Below, piece by piece: positions 11,611-23,895 of a stretch of 64,000 bases of DNA. This DNA is from Vitrella brassicaformis CCMP3155 (taxonomy: Eukaryota; Protista; Chromerida): positions 1 to 64,000 of the forward strand of contig CDMY01000394.1 of assembly GCA_001179505.1 (NCBI GenBank), in the 5' to 3' direction. The notes under the pieces are model-generated. The model was not told the DNA's origin and ran no database searches. It worked only from the letters and a program-made list of their open reading frames with translations. Each line of letters starts with the position of its first letter. Positions within the stretch are counted from its first letter, which is position 1. The position numbers and the translations under genes are program-made.

Positions 11611-12442
11611 CCCTACTGGCAAGTACGGAGCACCAAACCGCCCTTCATGGCATGGCAAGCCCACCACACGACACGACACCCGATCTCTTGTTTGGCCTGT
11701 CTGCTGCACGCCTCAGACAGAAACGCTGCCTTGATGTGATGGACCGTCAGGTGGTTCGCGTGATTTGTGTTTCATTCACCGTGCTGAGTTTGCCTGAACG
11801 TCGCCTGTCTGCCTGCCTGTCTGTCTGTCTGTCTGCGGACTGTGTTAAGTTGTCTCGGATGCCTGAGTGGGTGGGCTGGCGTAAGGTGTGGGCAGCAGCG
11901 AGGGGCGTGTTTGGGATGAGAGGTATGGTTTTTTCGTTTCGGGCTTGTGTAGAGTGAGTGAGGCGTTGATTGAGGGATTCCACTATGCATCGCACTAGCT
12001 AGCTGCGTCATGTATCGTTTCTGTGCTGTATTTTTCCTTGTGTGTGCGCTTGACTGTCTGCCGTTTTTTTTCTAACTGACTGAATGCTGACTGTTGATTG
12101 CAATGCATCCACATGTTGTATATAGCAAGCCCATTGATGAGTGGCTCTGCCTTCCTGTCACGCGACTGACCTGGCTGGCGTCACATGTTCGTGCAGATCC
12201 ACGGGCGTGGCTGCCGGCCAGCTGAGCTGCGGTGCAGGGGACAGGGGGCGAGTTTGTCGTCACTATGCAGACAGACACGGGCCGCACTTGATGGATGGAT
12301 GAACGAATGCCTGACTCATAGCTAACACCACGAAATGAGCTCATGTGCACACACATCAACAGCCATCAGGTAAGGTAAGTCAGTGCACCACTAGCGGCAT
12401 GCACACACAACGTTCGTGGAAAAGGTACGCATTGCATCCACG

Positions 12443-15400
12443 TCACGTCGCAGAGCAGCAGACGATCCTCTGACACGAGACAGCCGGACTCTCCTCCAGT
12501 AACACTCTCGGCCGGCCCATACCGACTGTCTGCACGACTCCTTCCTCACACACAGGCAGGCTCGGCCGAGGTGAGGCGAAGCCGACGGCATTCAGCCGGG
12601 CGATGTTCGGTCTCGGCGAGGCTAGTGGCGGGAATGGCGAGGGTAGAGGGGCGTGTGGACAGAATGGGTGGACGGGGAGGGGCCTCGTCTGAATGCGCGG
12701 CGTCGGCGGGAGAGACACCAGCCGCACGGGCGGCGGACGGGGGCTGGCGTGACTCACGACGCACACGCGGGCAGAGCGAGATGTCTGAAGCCGCAAGGTG
12801 AGACGAGACATATCACATACATCACCAACATGTACACATACATACGTGAATTGGCATCGCTGACCTGATAGCCCTCGTCGGTGTCACGTCTGCACACCGC
12901 AAGGTTCGGGCGGGCAGGATGTGAGCCATCCATCGGTGGGACGGGGAAGGGAGAGAACGGGTCCTGTGGGCACAAGTCACACACAATGCACTTGCAGACA
13001 CCATTGATGCACACGCACGAGTCCCATTGACATACCTGTAGCCTCCCGTTGACAATGCGTCTCATGCCGCGCGTCGGCGAATCAAACAAAGGCCGCTGGA
13101 ACCATGGCTTTGATGTGGGGCATACCGGCCCATTAGGGGATGCAGGGGGTGGACTCCAGGTTATCGCTTCGGCAGCCTGGGGTTGGTACACCAGGGCAGC
13201 GTGTCGTTCGGCAGGCGACGAGGGATCTGCATCTTCTTGGCCCATTCCCTGTCGCCGCTTTCGCCCCTTGGCTGCCCAGTGAGGGACGCCCGGCTCGGAT
13301 GGCGGCGAGGCCTTGGGAAGAGCACCCGGTGCGCTCACCTTTGCGCCACTCACGGACCGTCTTCGCCGTCTGGGGTCGCTCCCAAGCGACTCAGTGCGGG
13401 TGTTCCTCCTCTTTGGTGCATTGCACCCTCGCGACACCAGCCTGGGCGGTGGGGCCTTGATGGCAACAGCAACAGCGGCTGTTGCGGCAGCGGATTGGTG
13501 TCGTGTGGCTGGGTCCGGCATTTGGGGGTCTGCTGGTGCGAGCATCCGCTGTGCCTGAAGGCTGAGGGCATCCACCAAAGGCCCATTGCTCGATATGCCA
13601 TCTGATTGATAAAACAAGACGAAGGCAGCAAGGCTGGTCGTCGGATTCAAACAGTGTGGCATGCGCGGCTTAGTTGTGGTCCGCACCTGTCCCGCCGGGC
13701 CGCGCTGCTCTTTTCGGTGGAGGTGGCGTGTGCAGAATGGGAGACTGTTAGAGGGACAGAGAGGGGGAGACATGAGGGTGTTCATGTCCCTCTCTCATTT
13801 CCCTCCCACCTCAGGTTGGGCATATGCCTTCTCCAGCTCGGCTCTCATCTGTCACGCACACACATACACCAAGTGAATGAGTGGAAGCATAGCATCTGTG
13901 TGATTCTACGAATAGGGCACACCCACTTGGTTGTTCTCGGCTTCCAGTTTGTCCACCATCAGCCTCAGGTCGACCTCAGTCTTTCTTGCGTGAGCTATTT
14001 CTTCCACCTTGCCCTGGCCAGCAGCGCCTCCAGGTCGATCTGGCGAGACGTCGGCAGCGGGTCGGACGGAGAAGCGGCGTCACTCTCCCTCTGTTCCTCA
14101 GTGGCCGCTGCTATGCCACCGGATGGCGCACTCTCGCGATTACCGTATGTGTCAGTGTTGCTGCGCCTGAAGAGGCGAGCAGCACAGTGCGTGGTGATCT
14201 GCTTGTGGTGTTTTGTGTTACTGGTAGTGTTGTCTCCGTTTGCTGTCTTGCGAGCCGTGGCGGTCAGATGGGGGGTCTGAGTCATCGTCGCTCTCATCGA
14301 CACTGCTGAGGGACCGCTGGCCCCCGCCAAATGGTCCCTCAGCACCGGTGGTGTGTGAGCGGACCACACGACGCCTGGCGGCGTTGTGGAGCTCCGACTG
14401 GAAGAGCTCGTCTGCGAGTGAGACTCGCTTGGTGAGGTTGGCGGCCTGGATGCGGGACCTGTGGCCCAGCTCTTCATCCAACTCTTGCACCTATGTATGC
14501 ATGGACACATCCACAGATACACAGACACTCATCTGAGACACGAAACTTCAATGAGCCAAGATCTGGCTTCCTTACCCTCTGTCTCATGTTATCCAGGTCT
14601 TGCTGGAGGTAGCCGATGCGCGCCAAGTGGTCCCTCTGCTCGCCCTCCAGTCGGTCCTTCTCCACCCTCTCTGTGTCCAGCTGCCTCTCCAACTCATGAA
14701 TCCGGTCCAGCAACTCATGACGCTCCCTAACAGCAACCGCACACAACACAGGTCATTCAGTCGACGAGAGGTGCCAGACTGACAGCGCAGACAGACAGCA
14801 GGCACCACATACTTACTTTTCCAATGATTTGCATGTGCGTCTGAGGGCCTCCTGGCTTCTCTTGTGCGATTCCATCACTGCCGTCAGTTCCTGCTGGGCG
14901 TCTGTATCCTGCAAAGACTCCGATGACCCCTGTGGGCTGTGCTGGCGGTCGCCAAGAAGTTCCAGACTCTGACGCATGGCGTCCATCTGACGCAAGGAGA
15001 GGAAAGGCAGGGCGTGCCTCATTCCTCAGATGAACGAATGGATCGGTTCCATTCGTCCATGCATTTCACCTCTCTGCGATGTTCGAGTGTCTGCGCCTCC
15101 AGCAACTGGCGGCCCTCCTCAACCTCAGCCTCCAATGCTGTCTCCCTCTCGCGCAGACTCTCAATCCTCCTCCCCTGGTGGGCATTCGTCTCCCGCAGCG
15201 CCTCCACCTCCCTCTCAGCTGCCGCCAGTGAGCTCATGATCTCATCGCTCCACTCCATGTGCCGTCTCTCCACGTCAGCATCAGCAGCCGTCCTTCGCCT
15301 CGCCCGTCTCTCCAGCTCACGCACACGCCCCTCCCTCTCCTCCAGCTCCTGCATGCGGCAGCTGACCGCCGATGCCTTGGCCTTGGCGCGCCAGTACTTG

Positions 15401-15924
15401 GCGTATGACCGCACTCGCATGAGTGTCGAGAGGCTGACTGGGGAGGCCTGTGGGCGAGATGGGGGGACGGGTGTGGTTGGGGGAGGGTTGCGGCCCTCAT
15501 TTGCTGAACGGCGTGAAGGCGAGTGGACGGACGGCTGTGTTGCAGTGGGCGGTTTGGGGCTGAGCTGACGGGAGAGTCTCTGGCCGGGTGGTGAGCTGAT
15601 CTTCTCGTCCGAAGGTATCGAGAACCGCCTGCCTTTCCTCGTGACGCTATCCTGTTTATTGTCTGCGTTTGCTTCAGGTGCAAGGGCGGACTTGCGCTGA
15701 GTCGGCGGGCTCTGAGGCACGCTGCTCCGTCTGCGGCCTTCATGGCGGATGGCCTGGGAAGTTTGCTGCTGCTCGAACGAGCGGGATGCGGGCACCCACG
15801 TTCGCAGAGATTTGTTGGTCTTGCCCATTGCAAGTCGCATCGGCGTTGGTACCGAGGCATGATGGCTGGTCGGGCTTGTACCCCCCTCTGCACTGTGGCG
15901 TCGTTGAGGCGGAGGAGGCTGCAT
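12443..15924 (-). CDS. Hypothetical coiled-coil / low-complexity protein (multi-exon; apparent 1-nt frameshift near 14010)
   Basis: In-phase coiled-coil exons include ...ELEEREGRVRELERR..., MDAMRQSLELL..., ERHELLDRIHELERQLD..., VQELDEELGHR... and DLRLMVDKLEAENNQ|MRAELEKAYAQPE. The C-terminus is Pro/Ser-rich. Start and end are approximate. Confidence 0.65.
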
Positions 15925-16181
15925 CTGATCTGTCACAAATGGGGGGCGAGCCGCGAGTGGGGGGCAAGATCGGAATCTCTGCGGGGGTTGCACTCATTGC
16001 TTTCGCTGTACATGCTGCATTTCTAGCCACTACATTCGCCTCTGCACTTCGGTTTGCCTCGCGTGAGTGCAAAATCAAGCATTGTAAGATGCATCTGGCC
16101 GGCACTCGAGCTGTTCGCAGCTCCCAATCCGCCCATCCATGGGATCCATCCATCCCCATCGATCGCATCCCACGTATCACA

Positions 16182-17640
16182 TCACTCTTGGACGGGCTCG
16201 AGTGTGTCGAGCGCCCGCTGCAGGTCGGGGGCCAGGCCGCAGTCCACCTCAGTCGGCTCCTTGGACAGATCCTCAAACCTCAACCGATGGCAGTGCAGAA
16301 ACACACGGGGACACCTGTACGTACACAGATACACAGACAGACAGACGCACAGCCAGAACACCCAACCAATCAGCATATTGTGTGGACTGACTGACTGGAC
16401 TTGTGTGCAATTTCATTTGGCCGACCGACCGACTGACCATTGTCTGTCGGTGTTGCCGAGGCCCGTGCCGGCGAGGTACTTGGCGTCGGCAACCAGGGGA
16501 TGGCCAGCATGCTTCAGATGCACCCTGTCAGAAGCACGTGGCCCTCACAGACACACGCCCACATGGATGAGCAGCATGACAACCATGGTATGATGATAAC
16601 TCACCCCACCTGATTTGGTGTGTCCGTCCAGTGACGAGCTTGACGCGGCACAGTGAGAGCACCTCGCCAGTGTCGGGGTGGCGGTAGCCCCTTTGCCCCT
16701 CGAAGAAGGTCAGCGCCGTCTATATCAGGCACACACAGGCCACGTCGAGGAACTGTGTGTGGCTCCCTTTGCCCGCTTACCCTTCCAGCGTCGGACACTT
16801 CGGTGAAGAGGCTGTTTTGGGGGCCACGGCTGGTGCGGAGCTTCGCGTCAACTGCAGACGGACAGCCACGTGGTGGCACGCGGAAGTTCTGGCACTGTGT
16901 GACTACATTGTGTGTACCTTTGTGTTCTCCGGGCGCGACGTCGCCGTGCACAAGGCACATGTACTCCTGACCGAATGAATGACGATACGACACGTCGAGT
17001 TTGCCATCAACCGGTGAGTGAGGTGACGCGTTGCAAGGCCTCCCACCCCACTGGCCACTGGCTGGCTGACCTTGTGCACATATCTAGCTTCGAACAGCAG
17101 CCGGCTGTAGTAGAAACCCTTGTACGTCTTGGCTACGAGAATCGGACCTGATATACACACAGACAGAGACCACCGGGACGAACATACATATTCGTCACAC
17201 AGCGAGCGGCTCGCCCTGCCCCTTTTTCCCTTCATTCTCACTCACCGCTGGTGTGTATGTCGAGTCTGTGTGTAAAGCCGAATGACACGAGTGGGTCGTT
17301 GGACACCTCACTGGGAAAGTGGTCGCGCACCCACTGCTGCAGCAGCATCGACGAGCCGACACAGCCGGCCTTCGCACCAGGGCCATCATCACCACCACCA
17401 CCAGGGGCGTCGGATGTGTCGTCGGCTTGGTCGTCAGCTGCCTCATCCGATTCGTCCCTCTTCATCCCTGACCCACCGTGTGAGAGATTCACGTGTGCAC
17501 ATACATTTGGGAATGCATGCACACGTGTGTGTGTGTGAGCGTGTGTGACGTGACTGACCTCGTTGGTTGTGGAGGCCGCCCAGTATGCCATCTGACGGGG
17601 TGTAGGGATTCACTATCCACCCTGGCGGCTTGTAGAAGAC
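16182..17640 (-). CDS. RluA-family pseudouridine synthase domain (probably the C-terminal part of the upstream helical-repeat gene)
   Basis: Motif I VFYKPPGW; catalytic motif GFTHRLDIHTSG|PILVAKT; EYMCLVHG; LVTGRTHQIR; GHPLVADAKY; PRVFLHCHRLRF...APDLQRALDTL; stop at 16182. Confidence 0.92.
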
Positions 17641-17756
17641 CTGCACACAGACATGATACACACCACACACACACAGAGAGGAAGAAACAGTGAGTCCTTC
17701 GGCTCCCTCGTGGATGGGTGCACACACACAGGCATACAGATCACGCACAAAGGCTC

Positions 17757-20700
17757 TCACCCCCTGGCCACCACCACATGACACTCAGACAGAGAAGCAT
17801 CGGGCAGCAGAGAGAAGAGCGAGTCATGCAGGCGGTCTCGCTGTGCAAGATGCAGGCTAGAGGTACTGTACTGGCCACCACTCCCCACCACACGGCTGAC
17901 TCTCCCCGCCAGCTCATGCAAGTACTCTGTATCGAGAACACGCGCACATCTCAGCGCATCCACGCACACATGGAAACACCCCCACTCCAGCTGGAACCGC
18001 CGTCGCCACGCATCCATAATCGCGTCGTGTGATAGGGGGAATGATGAGCCACGGAGGAACTTCTGCAGCCGGTGTTGGTGCACCACGGCCTCCGGATACT
18101 CACGCCGATAAAGCGACGGCTCCTTCCACGGCAGAAGGGCCGATCGGCTCAGCAGCTCTCCTCTTAGCAAAGACCACACCCCAGTGAACACGACCTCGTC
18201 GGCGCACAGTCCGGCCATCTTGGCGTGTGATTGCGCGAGGCTCGCCAGGTGGGTCCATGACAGCAGCAGCGCCTTTTGGTGCGACATGCGCTCGGACGCT
18301 CTCACGAACCGCGCGAAAGAGGTGGAAGGGGCAGCTGATGGGGTGGTGAGGAGCCGCTCGATGAACGTGGTAAGCCGGCAGAGGGCATCCAGGCTCACAG
18401 CCGACCTCTCCAGCTCATCGGCCACCCGCGATGCAACCGTGTCACCGATCTCATGTGCCGTGTTGACGTCGATCAGTTCATCAACTGGCTTGCCGCTCGC
18501 CATGGCAGCCCCAGCGACCTCATCCAGATCCTTCCATCCATAGTGCCGAGCATTTGCCGACACGTGACGCAGCGCACCCTTCAGCAACGGCTCATGGTCG
18601 ATAGCCGCCCGCCGGCAGCTGCCCACAAGGTTGCTGACGTCTTGCGCTCGGTAAGGCCGGATATCACCACTCAGCAGCCTCGACGCTTCCTTGGTTGCTA
18701 TCGACTCGAGAGCGGTGCGGCAAGGGACTCGCGAGGTGGAGAGAGCCCAAGCGGCTGCGGCTGCATCTGAGGACGAGAAGTCAGTCACGTGCTGGTGGAT
18801 GTGGAGGGCTGCCGCAGCGAACAGCTGCTGGACTGTGGCGTGTCTGCAGCTGCCTGCGACCGCAAAGGCCCAGAGGAGCTTGGACAGCTGTGGGGGCGAG
18901 ATGGAGGAGCGCCGCAGACGGGCCAGAACCTCATTCGCCGCTCTCTCATGGAAAGCCGTGAGGGGATCAGATGGGTGTGCTGAGCCGGCTGCCTCGCTCC
19001 CGCCACCATCACGATCACCAGCTGCCGACCGCCCGTCGATGCTGGCTACGAAATTGGCCATGGAGACCATGAAGACAGTCAGCTCGTGAGGTGACAAGGA
19101 CTCGAGCCGCTGGCCGAGCTCATTCGCGAGCTTCTCCACCACATGGCTGGGACACATGCGCACCGACGAGAAGGCCCAGAGGATGTTGGCAACGTGCTGG
19201 GCCGAAAAGGATGACAGAGGGGGAATGCCGCACTCCTCTGACAGCCCCTTGCTGATGTGCTCAAAGGCCTCGTATAGGCGGGGGCTGCGGTGTCCGTGCC
19301 GGTGAAGGATGGCCAGCGACCACAAGGCATTGGACACACCCTGGGAGCTGCACTCATGAAGGGTCGACACGAACCGGCCCACAATGCTCTCGATGCGGCT
19401 GCTGCTGAGCGGGTTGGCTGGCTGCAGGACTTTTTTCTGCGTCATAGTGGCAACGGCCCACAGCAGGTTGACCGTCTCGATGGGGATGAAGCGATGAAGC
19501 TCCCTTGCGACGATGGGATCCATGCGCACCATAATGCTGTCAGTCAGCTCGTGCAATGCTGAACTATCCGATGACGGCTCGGTGAACACTGCCAGTGCCC
19601 ATGAGAGGTTGCCCACGTCGCGGCTCCGCCACTTGCCCGGCTGGCTGTCGAGGGCCGCACTCAGCAGCTGCAGCACCCTCATCTCGTGTGGACCACTGAC
19701 AGAGCTCCCCTTGCCACCTTTCTTGAGCTTGGCCAGCCGATGGGCCGCTGTGACCAGATTGATGCGGTCGAAGTCGGCAGCATGCCGGTCGATCAGCCGT
19801 GTCAAGGCCTCCAGAGTGTGAGCATCCCTAAGCCTGTTGTTGAGCATGAGCTGCAGGGAGCTGATGGACGCCAGTGTGTCGGGCATGTCCTCAAGGGGGC
19901 GGGGTGGTTCACGAGTCGTGACGGTGGAGGGGTCCCTCTTGTGTGAGTGGATGTAAGAGAAGAAGCGGCACTGCTGCTGGAAGGACGGCCGGATGAGAGC
20001 TGGCCCGGTTGTTGTGAGGGCAGGGGTCGTTGCCTGGTTGGCAGCACAGCACACAAAGCCACCCTCGCGAGCAACACAATGGATAGATACGGGCATCCAT
20101 GCATCAATAATGAATGCAGCAGGGGGTGAGAGCACCACACCACACACGCACCCCGCCCCACCCACTCCCTCTTCCCCCCACTCCACTCACCATCAGATTC
20201 TCCGTCTCGGCCAGTACGCGAGGAGGGTCGCCGCTCAACAAGTCCACCTTCCTCGGCTGCTTCGGCACCGCAGCGCCCCTCCCGCCGTTGGCATCCCTCA
20301 GCGCCGCATCGAGGAACCTCGTGACCTGTTTGGCGAGGAAGTCGAAGTCGGATCGGTCCAGCTGCTGGCTGTATGCGAGCGACCAGACGACCGTCTTGAC
20401 CATCTCGATGTCGTACGTCTTGACAACCATCTCGCTGTTCTCTCCAAGTGACCGTAGGTGCCGGAGCAACGCATTGAGGAAGTCGCCATCCAGCCGACCC
20501 GCCTCAGCAAGTGCCCATGTGACGTGGGAAAGGCCCGTTTTGCTGAAGTCATAAAGACGGGGGATGGCCGCTCGTGCGACGGCGTCGAAGAAGGCCGGGT
20601 GCGGCACGGTGACCTGCCCCATCGCCCAAGCCGTGTGGGCCATGTCCTGTGTCGAGAAGTCTTCTGGCTTGGTGGTGAGGAGGTGGGTGAACCGGTCGGC

Positions 20701-22690
20701 CAGCCGGACAAACAGCTGCGGGTGACGCTCGGTGGCTCCGTCACGCCCGCCTGCAGAGGCAAAGGATTTGACCAGAGATGAGACCACGATTGTGAGGGCA
20801 CTGGCAGGGAAGGCATCTATCACACGCCCCGCGCCCAACAAAGCCGCAAAGGCATCACACAGCCGAGCCGACTCGTCTGCCGACGGTGGTGGGGTGGCCC
20901 ACTCGCTGCTGTTGGTGTTGGTGTTGGTGTTCTTGTCAGTGGCCGTTCTCCATTTCCGGTATTCCCAGAAGAGGGAGCCGATGCCGGCCGACCAGAGCAC
21001 TGCTGCCGCCTCCCCCGGCTTGAAGTGCTCAGCTGACCCTGCCGCCCGCCGCATCAGCAACGTCATGGCCGCCCCCCACTCTGGCCGTGCAACCTCTGCC
21101 GGCAAATCGACGTCAGTCAGCTCCCACTCGCTCGCACGCCGTCTGTCGGGGACAGTAGCAGTCTCTTCGCCGAGTGTGGCTGCTGTGGCTGCTGTGGCCG
21201 GGTGGGGGGTCATGTTGAGGGCCAGTGCCTTGGCCGATGGGTCCTCCAGCCGCTGCTTCACTTCCCGTGTCTGTATCTGCATACCTTCCACAGTGACGGT
21301 CGCGAACGCCCACATCGTGTTGGAAATCCCCTGCGGATGGAACTGCTCCACGCGGCCCTCACGCAGGATCTCTCGCGCCACCTCGCGAAACAGACGGACG
21401 TGCGGCGCGCCGTCGAGGCCCAGAGTTGCGTAAGACCACACGAGGTTCGACAGGCCTTGGACAGGAAAGCTCTTAAGCTTGCGGGGGGCTCGCTCAGCGA
21501 TGGCCAGCAGCATCTCTCGGATGGCGATAGCCAGGCTGGGGTACTTGTCCTCGAGCATCTCCCTGTCGAAGCCGAGGGTGGCGAGCGACCATGCCGTGTT
21601 GGTCATGACCTGGTTGACGGCCGAGTGGTGCACTCTGCCGCCCTGCAGGTCCTTCTGGATGCGCCGCAGCACCGTCACGAACAGCGAGGCCTTCTCGAGA
21701 ATCAGCTGATGGACGGGCGTGGGCGACTCGCCGCCCGTCGAGCGACGGTACTCCCGCACCAGACTCTGGTGCTTGCCTTGCTTGTAGAACTGCGCGCGAG
21801 CCTGCTTGCCCCCACTGAACTTGGCTAGCCGATGGACGCCCGTCACCAAATTCACCTGACACCCCCCCCCCCCCAACACACACATCCAACCATGGAGGCC
21901 CTCGTTTTCTGTGTGAGTATCTATCTGGTTCTCTTACTGTGTCCATGTTCCGTCCCTCATCCTCAAGCAGCTTCACGACCTCCTCTGGCGTCTGTGTGGC
22001 CCCGAGCATCTTATTGAGCTCCACATTCCGATGGAAACCGTCCTGGTCGCTCCTGCGAGACCCCTGTGTCCGCCTCAACTGTCCCTCTCCGGACGCAGCC
22101 GCAACCTCCCGGCTGTCACCTTGTGTTGCGGCCGATTCCGAGCTGAACGGCCGTCGTGCAGTCACGCGGGAGAGAGGCCAGGCCGGCTGCCGCATGCCGC
22201 AGGGTACCCCACCCCACCCGACAACAAAGTCCAAGGCAGAGGCGCACATCACACAGATGGAATGAACGCATCAGGACAGGCACAGCATGGCATGGCATGG
22301 CACGCATCGTGTGCAAGAAGCCACAGCACCCATAGGCATCAGCCATGCACCCCAATCTGATCTGATTTGATCTTCCCCCCGTCTGCCTTCCCACTAACTT
22401 ACCCTTTGGTGCTGATTCTCCTTCAGAAGCCGCGGCGGATCCGCATCGGCTGCAGTACGAGTCATGGAAAACCACCGCCTCGACCGCCATGAAGGGTAAG
22501 GGATAAGAGGAGGCTCAACTGCTCCTCTGCTGCTCACAGGCAAGCCCCGTCTTCCGCACAGAGACCTCTCGTCATCAGCAGATCTGCGTGGGCAGGGCGG
22601 CCTCGCGGGCTGCAGAGAGGGACCGTCGCACGGCCTTGCTGCTGTGGCCCTCCTCGCAGGGAGCCGCAGATGTCGCTCCAGAAGACCCAT
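17757..22690 (-). CDS. Organelle-targeted helical-repeat RNA-binding protein (HPR/OPR/FASTK-like) with two tandem repeat modules
   Basis: Repeats of the type FPVQGLSNLVWSYATLG, FHPQGISNTMWAFAT, FSTQDMAHTAWAMGQ, WRSRDVGNLSWALAV, FIPIETVNLLWAVAT, FSAQHVANILWAFSS and ISPPQLSKLLWAFAVAG. In-phase introns at 21856-21937 and 20034-20190. The 5' exons and start codon (~22690) are tentative. Confidence 0.8.
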
Positions 22691-22916
22691 TGTGGATGAT
22701 TGAAAGAGGTCGTTTGTGGATGGCGATCGGCTTGCTGCGTGCCCTGGTGCCTATCCATATAGCGAAACGGCGCTAGATCTTCCCTCTTCCATCAGCTAAG
22801 CTCGCACAAAGCTCGCAGAGAGGGATGAGCGAGGCGGCCAATCTGCGCGTCGAGTACGGCACTGAAGAGGCAGATCTGTTCGTTTGATTGATCCTCCCGC
22901 TGAGATCTCATTCATC

Positions 22917-23473
22917 ATGAGCAAGCGTGAGGGTCAGAAGACCATCTTTGAGTTCAACCGCTACCTCAACAAGAGGGTCAGAGTCAAATTCAACGGAGGC
23001 AGAGAAGGTGAGTGCGTCAGCACCAACACCCACTCACTGACGGCACCAGCTTGAGGGAAAACTGTGCGTGTGTGTGTCGGATGCTTGTGATGCATGTCCC
23101 GTCAGTGACGGGCATCCTGAAGGGCCATGACCAGGTGTGCAACCTCGTCCTCGATGACACAGAGGAGTACCGCAGAGGTGCACCGCACTCGCACAACAGT
23201 CTGGTACTCGGTGGATCTGTCTGTTGGTCATCTTGTCAACTGGCCTGTGTTTCCCTGGAGCAGATCCCGATGATCCGTTCAAGCTGCTCAACGAAACACG
23301 CCAGCTCGGCCTGGTGGTCGCCAGAGGCACTGCGGTAAGCACATAGACACACAGCGACCGCACTGATTCTGCGTTGCGTGGATGCGTGTGTGTGAGTTCA
23401 GGTGATGTTGGTGTCGCCAGTTGAGGGGATGGAGGAGATATCCAACCCCTTCGTCAATGTGGCCGAGTCATGA
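22917..23473 (+). CDS. LSM7: U6 snRNA-associated Sm-like protein LSm7
   Basis: Four exons give MSKREGQKTIFEFNRYLNKRVRVKFNGGREVTGILKGHDQVCNLVLDDTEEYRRDPDDPFKLLNETRQLGLVVARGTAVMLVSPVEGMEEISNPFVNVAES*. Confidence 0.96.
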
Positions 23474-23895
23474 CGGAATGCACGGCGATGACACACTAGT
23501 GGTGGTGCCTTTGCCTTTTCTACCGCCCTCCTGTGTTCGTTGCGCTGTGATTTGTGTACACATGGATGGATGGATGGATGGATGCGTAGAGGAGAGAGTG
23601 AGCTGACTTGTGTTTGCCCCGCCTGCTCGTTCTCTTCGGTGGCTTCTCGGGGTCATTCTGGCCTCTGCACATGCCGATCTCTTCATCCAAGCAGGGGAAA
23701 GCCGCGTACAGAGTGGGAAGGATCTACAGAAGCTGCTGAAGTAAGACAACAGGAGAGCGACTTGAGCTGCGTGTCTCCGTTGAATGAACCTCAAGATTTG
23801 ACTTCTCATCACGCAACCAAGTGAACGGAACACTCGTGTGCCCGAGCCGTGCGCACTCCTGGCCGCGGCGAGGAAACGATCGACGACACCTAGAA

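Noticed and set aside
22796-22806. CTAAGCTCGCA shared with 37927-37937; AGCTCGC also appears in other promoters
   Set aside because: The match is short enough that about one chance hit is expected among the promoter sequences, and the word also occurs in coding DNA.
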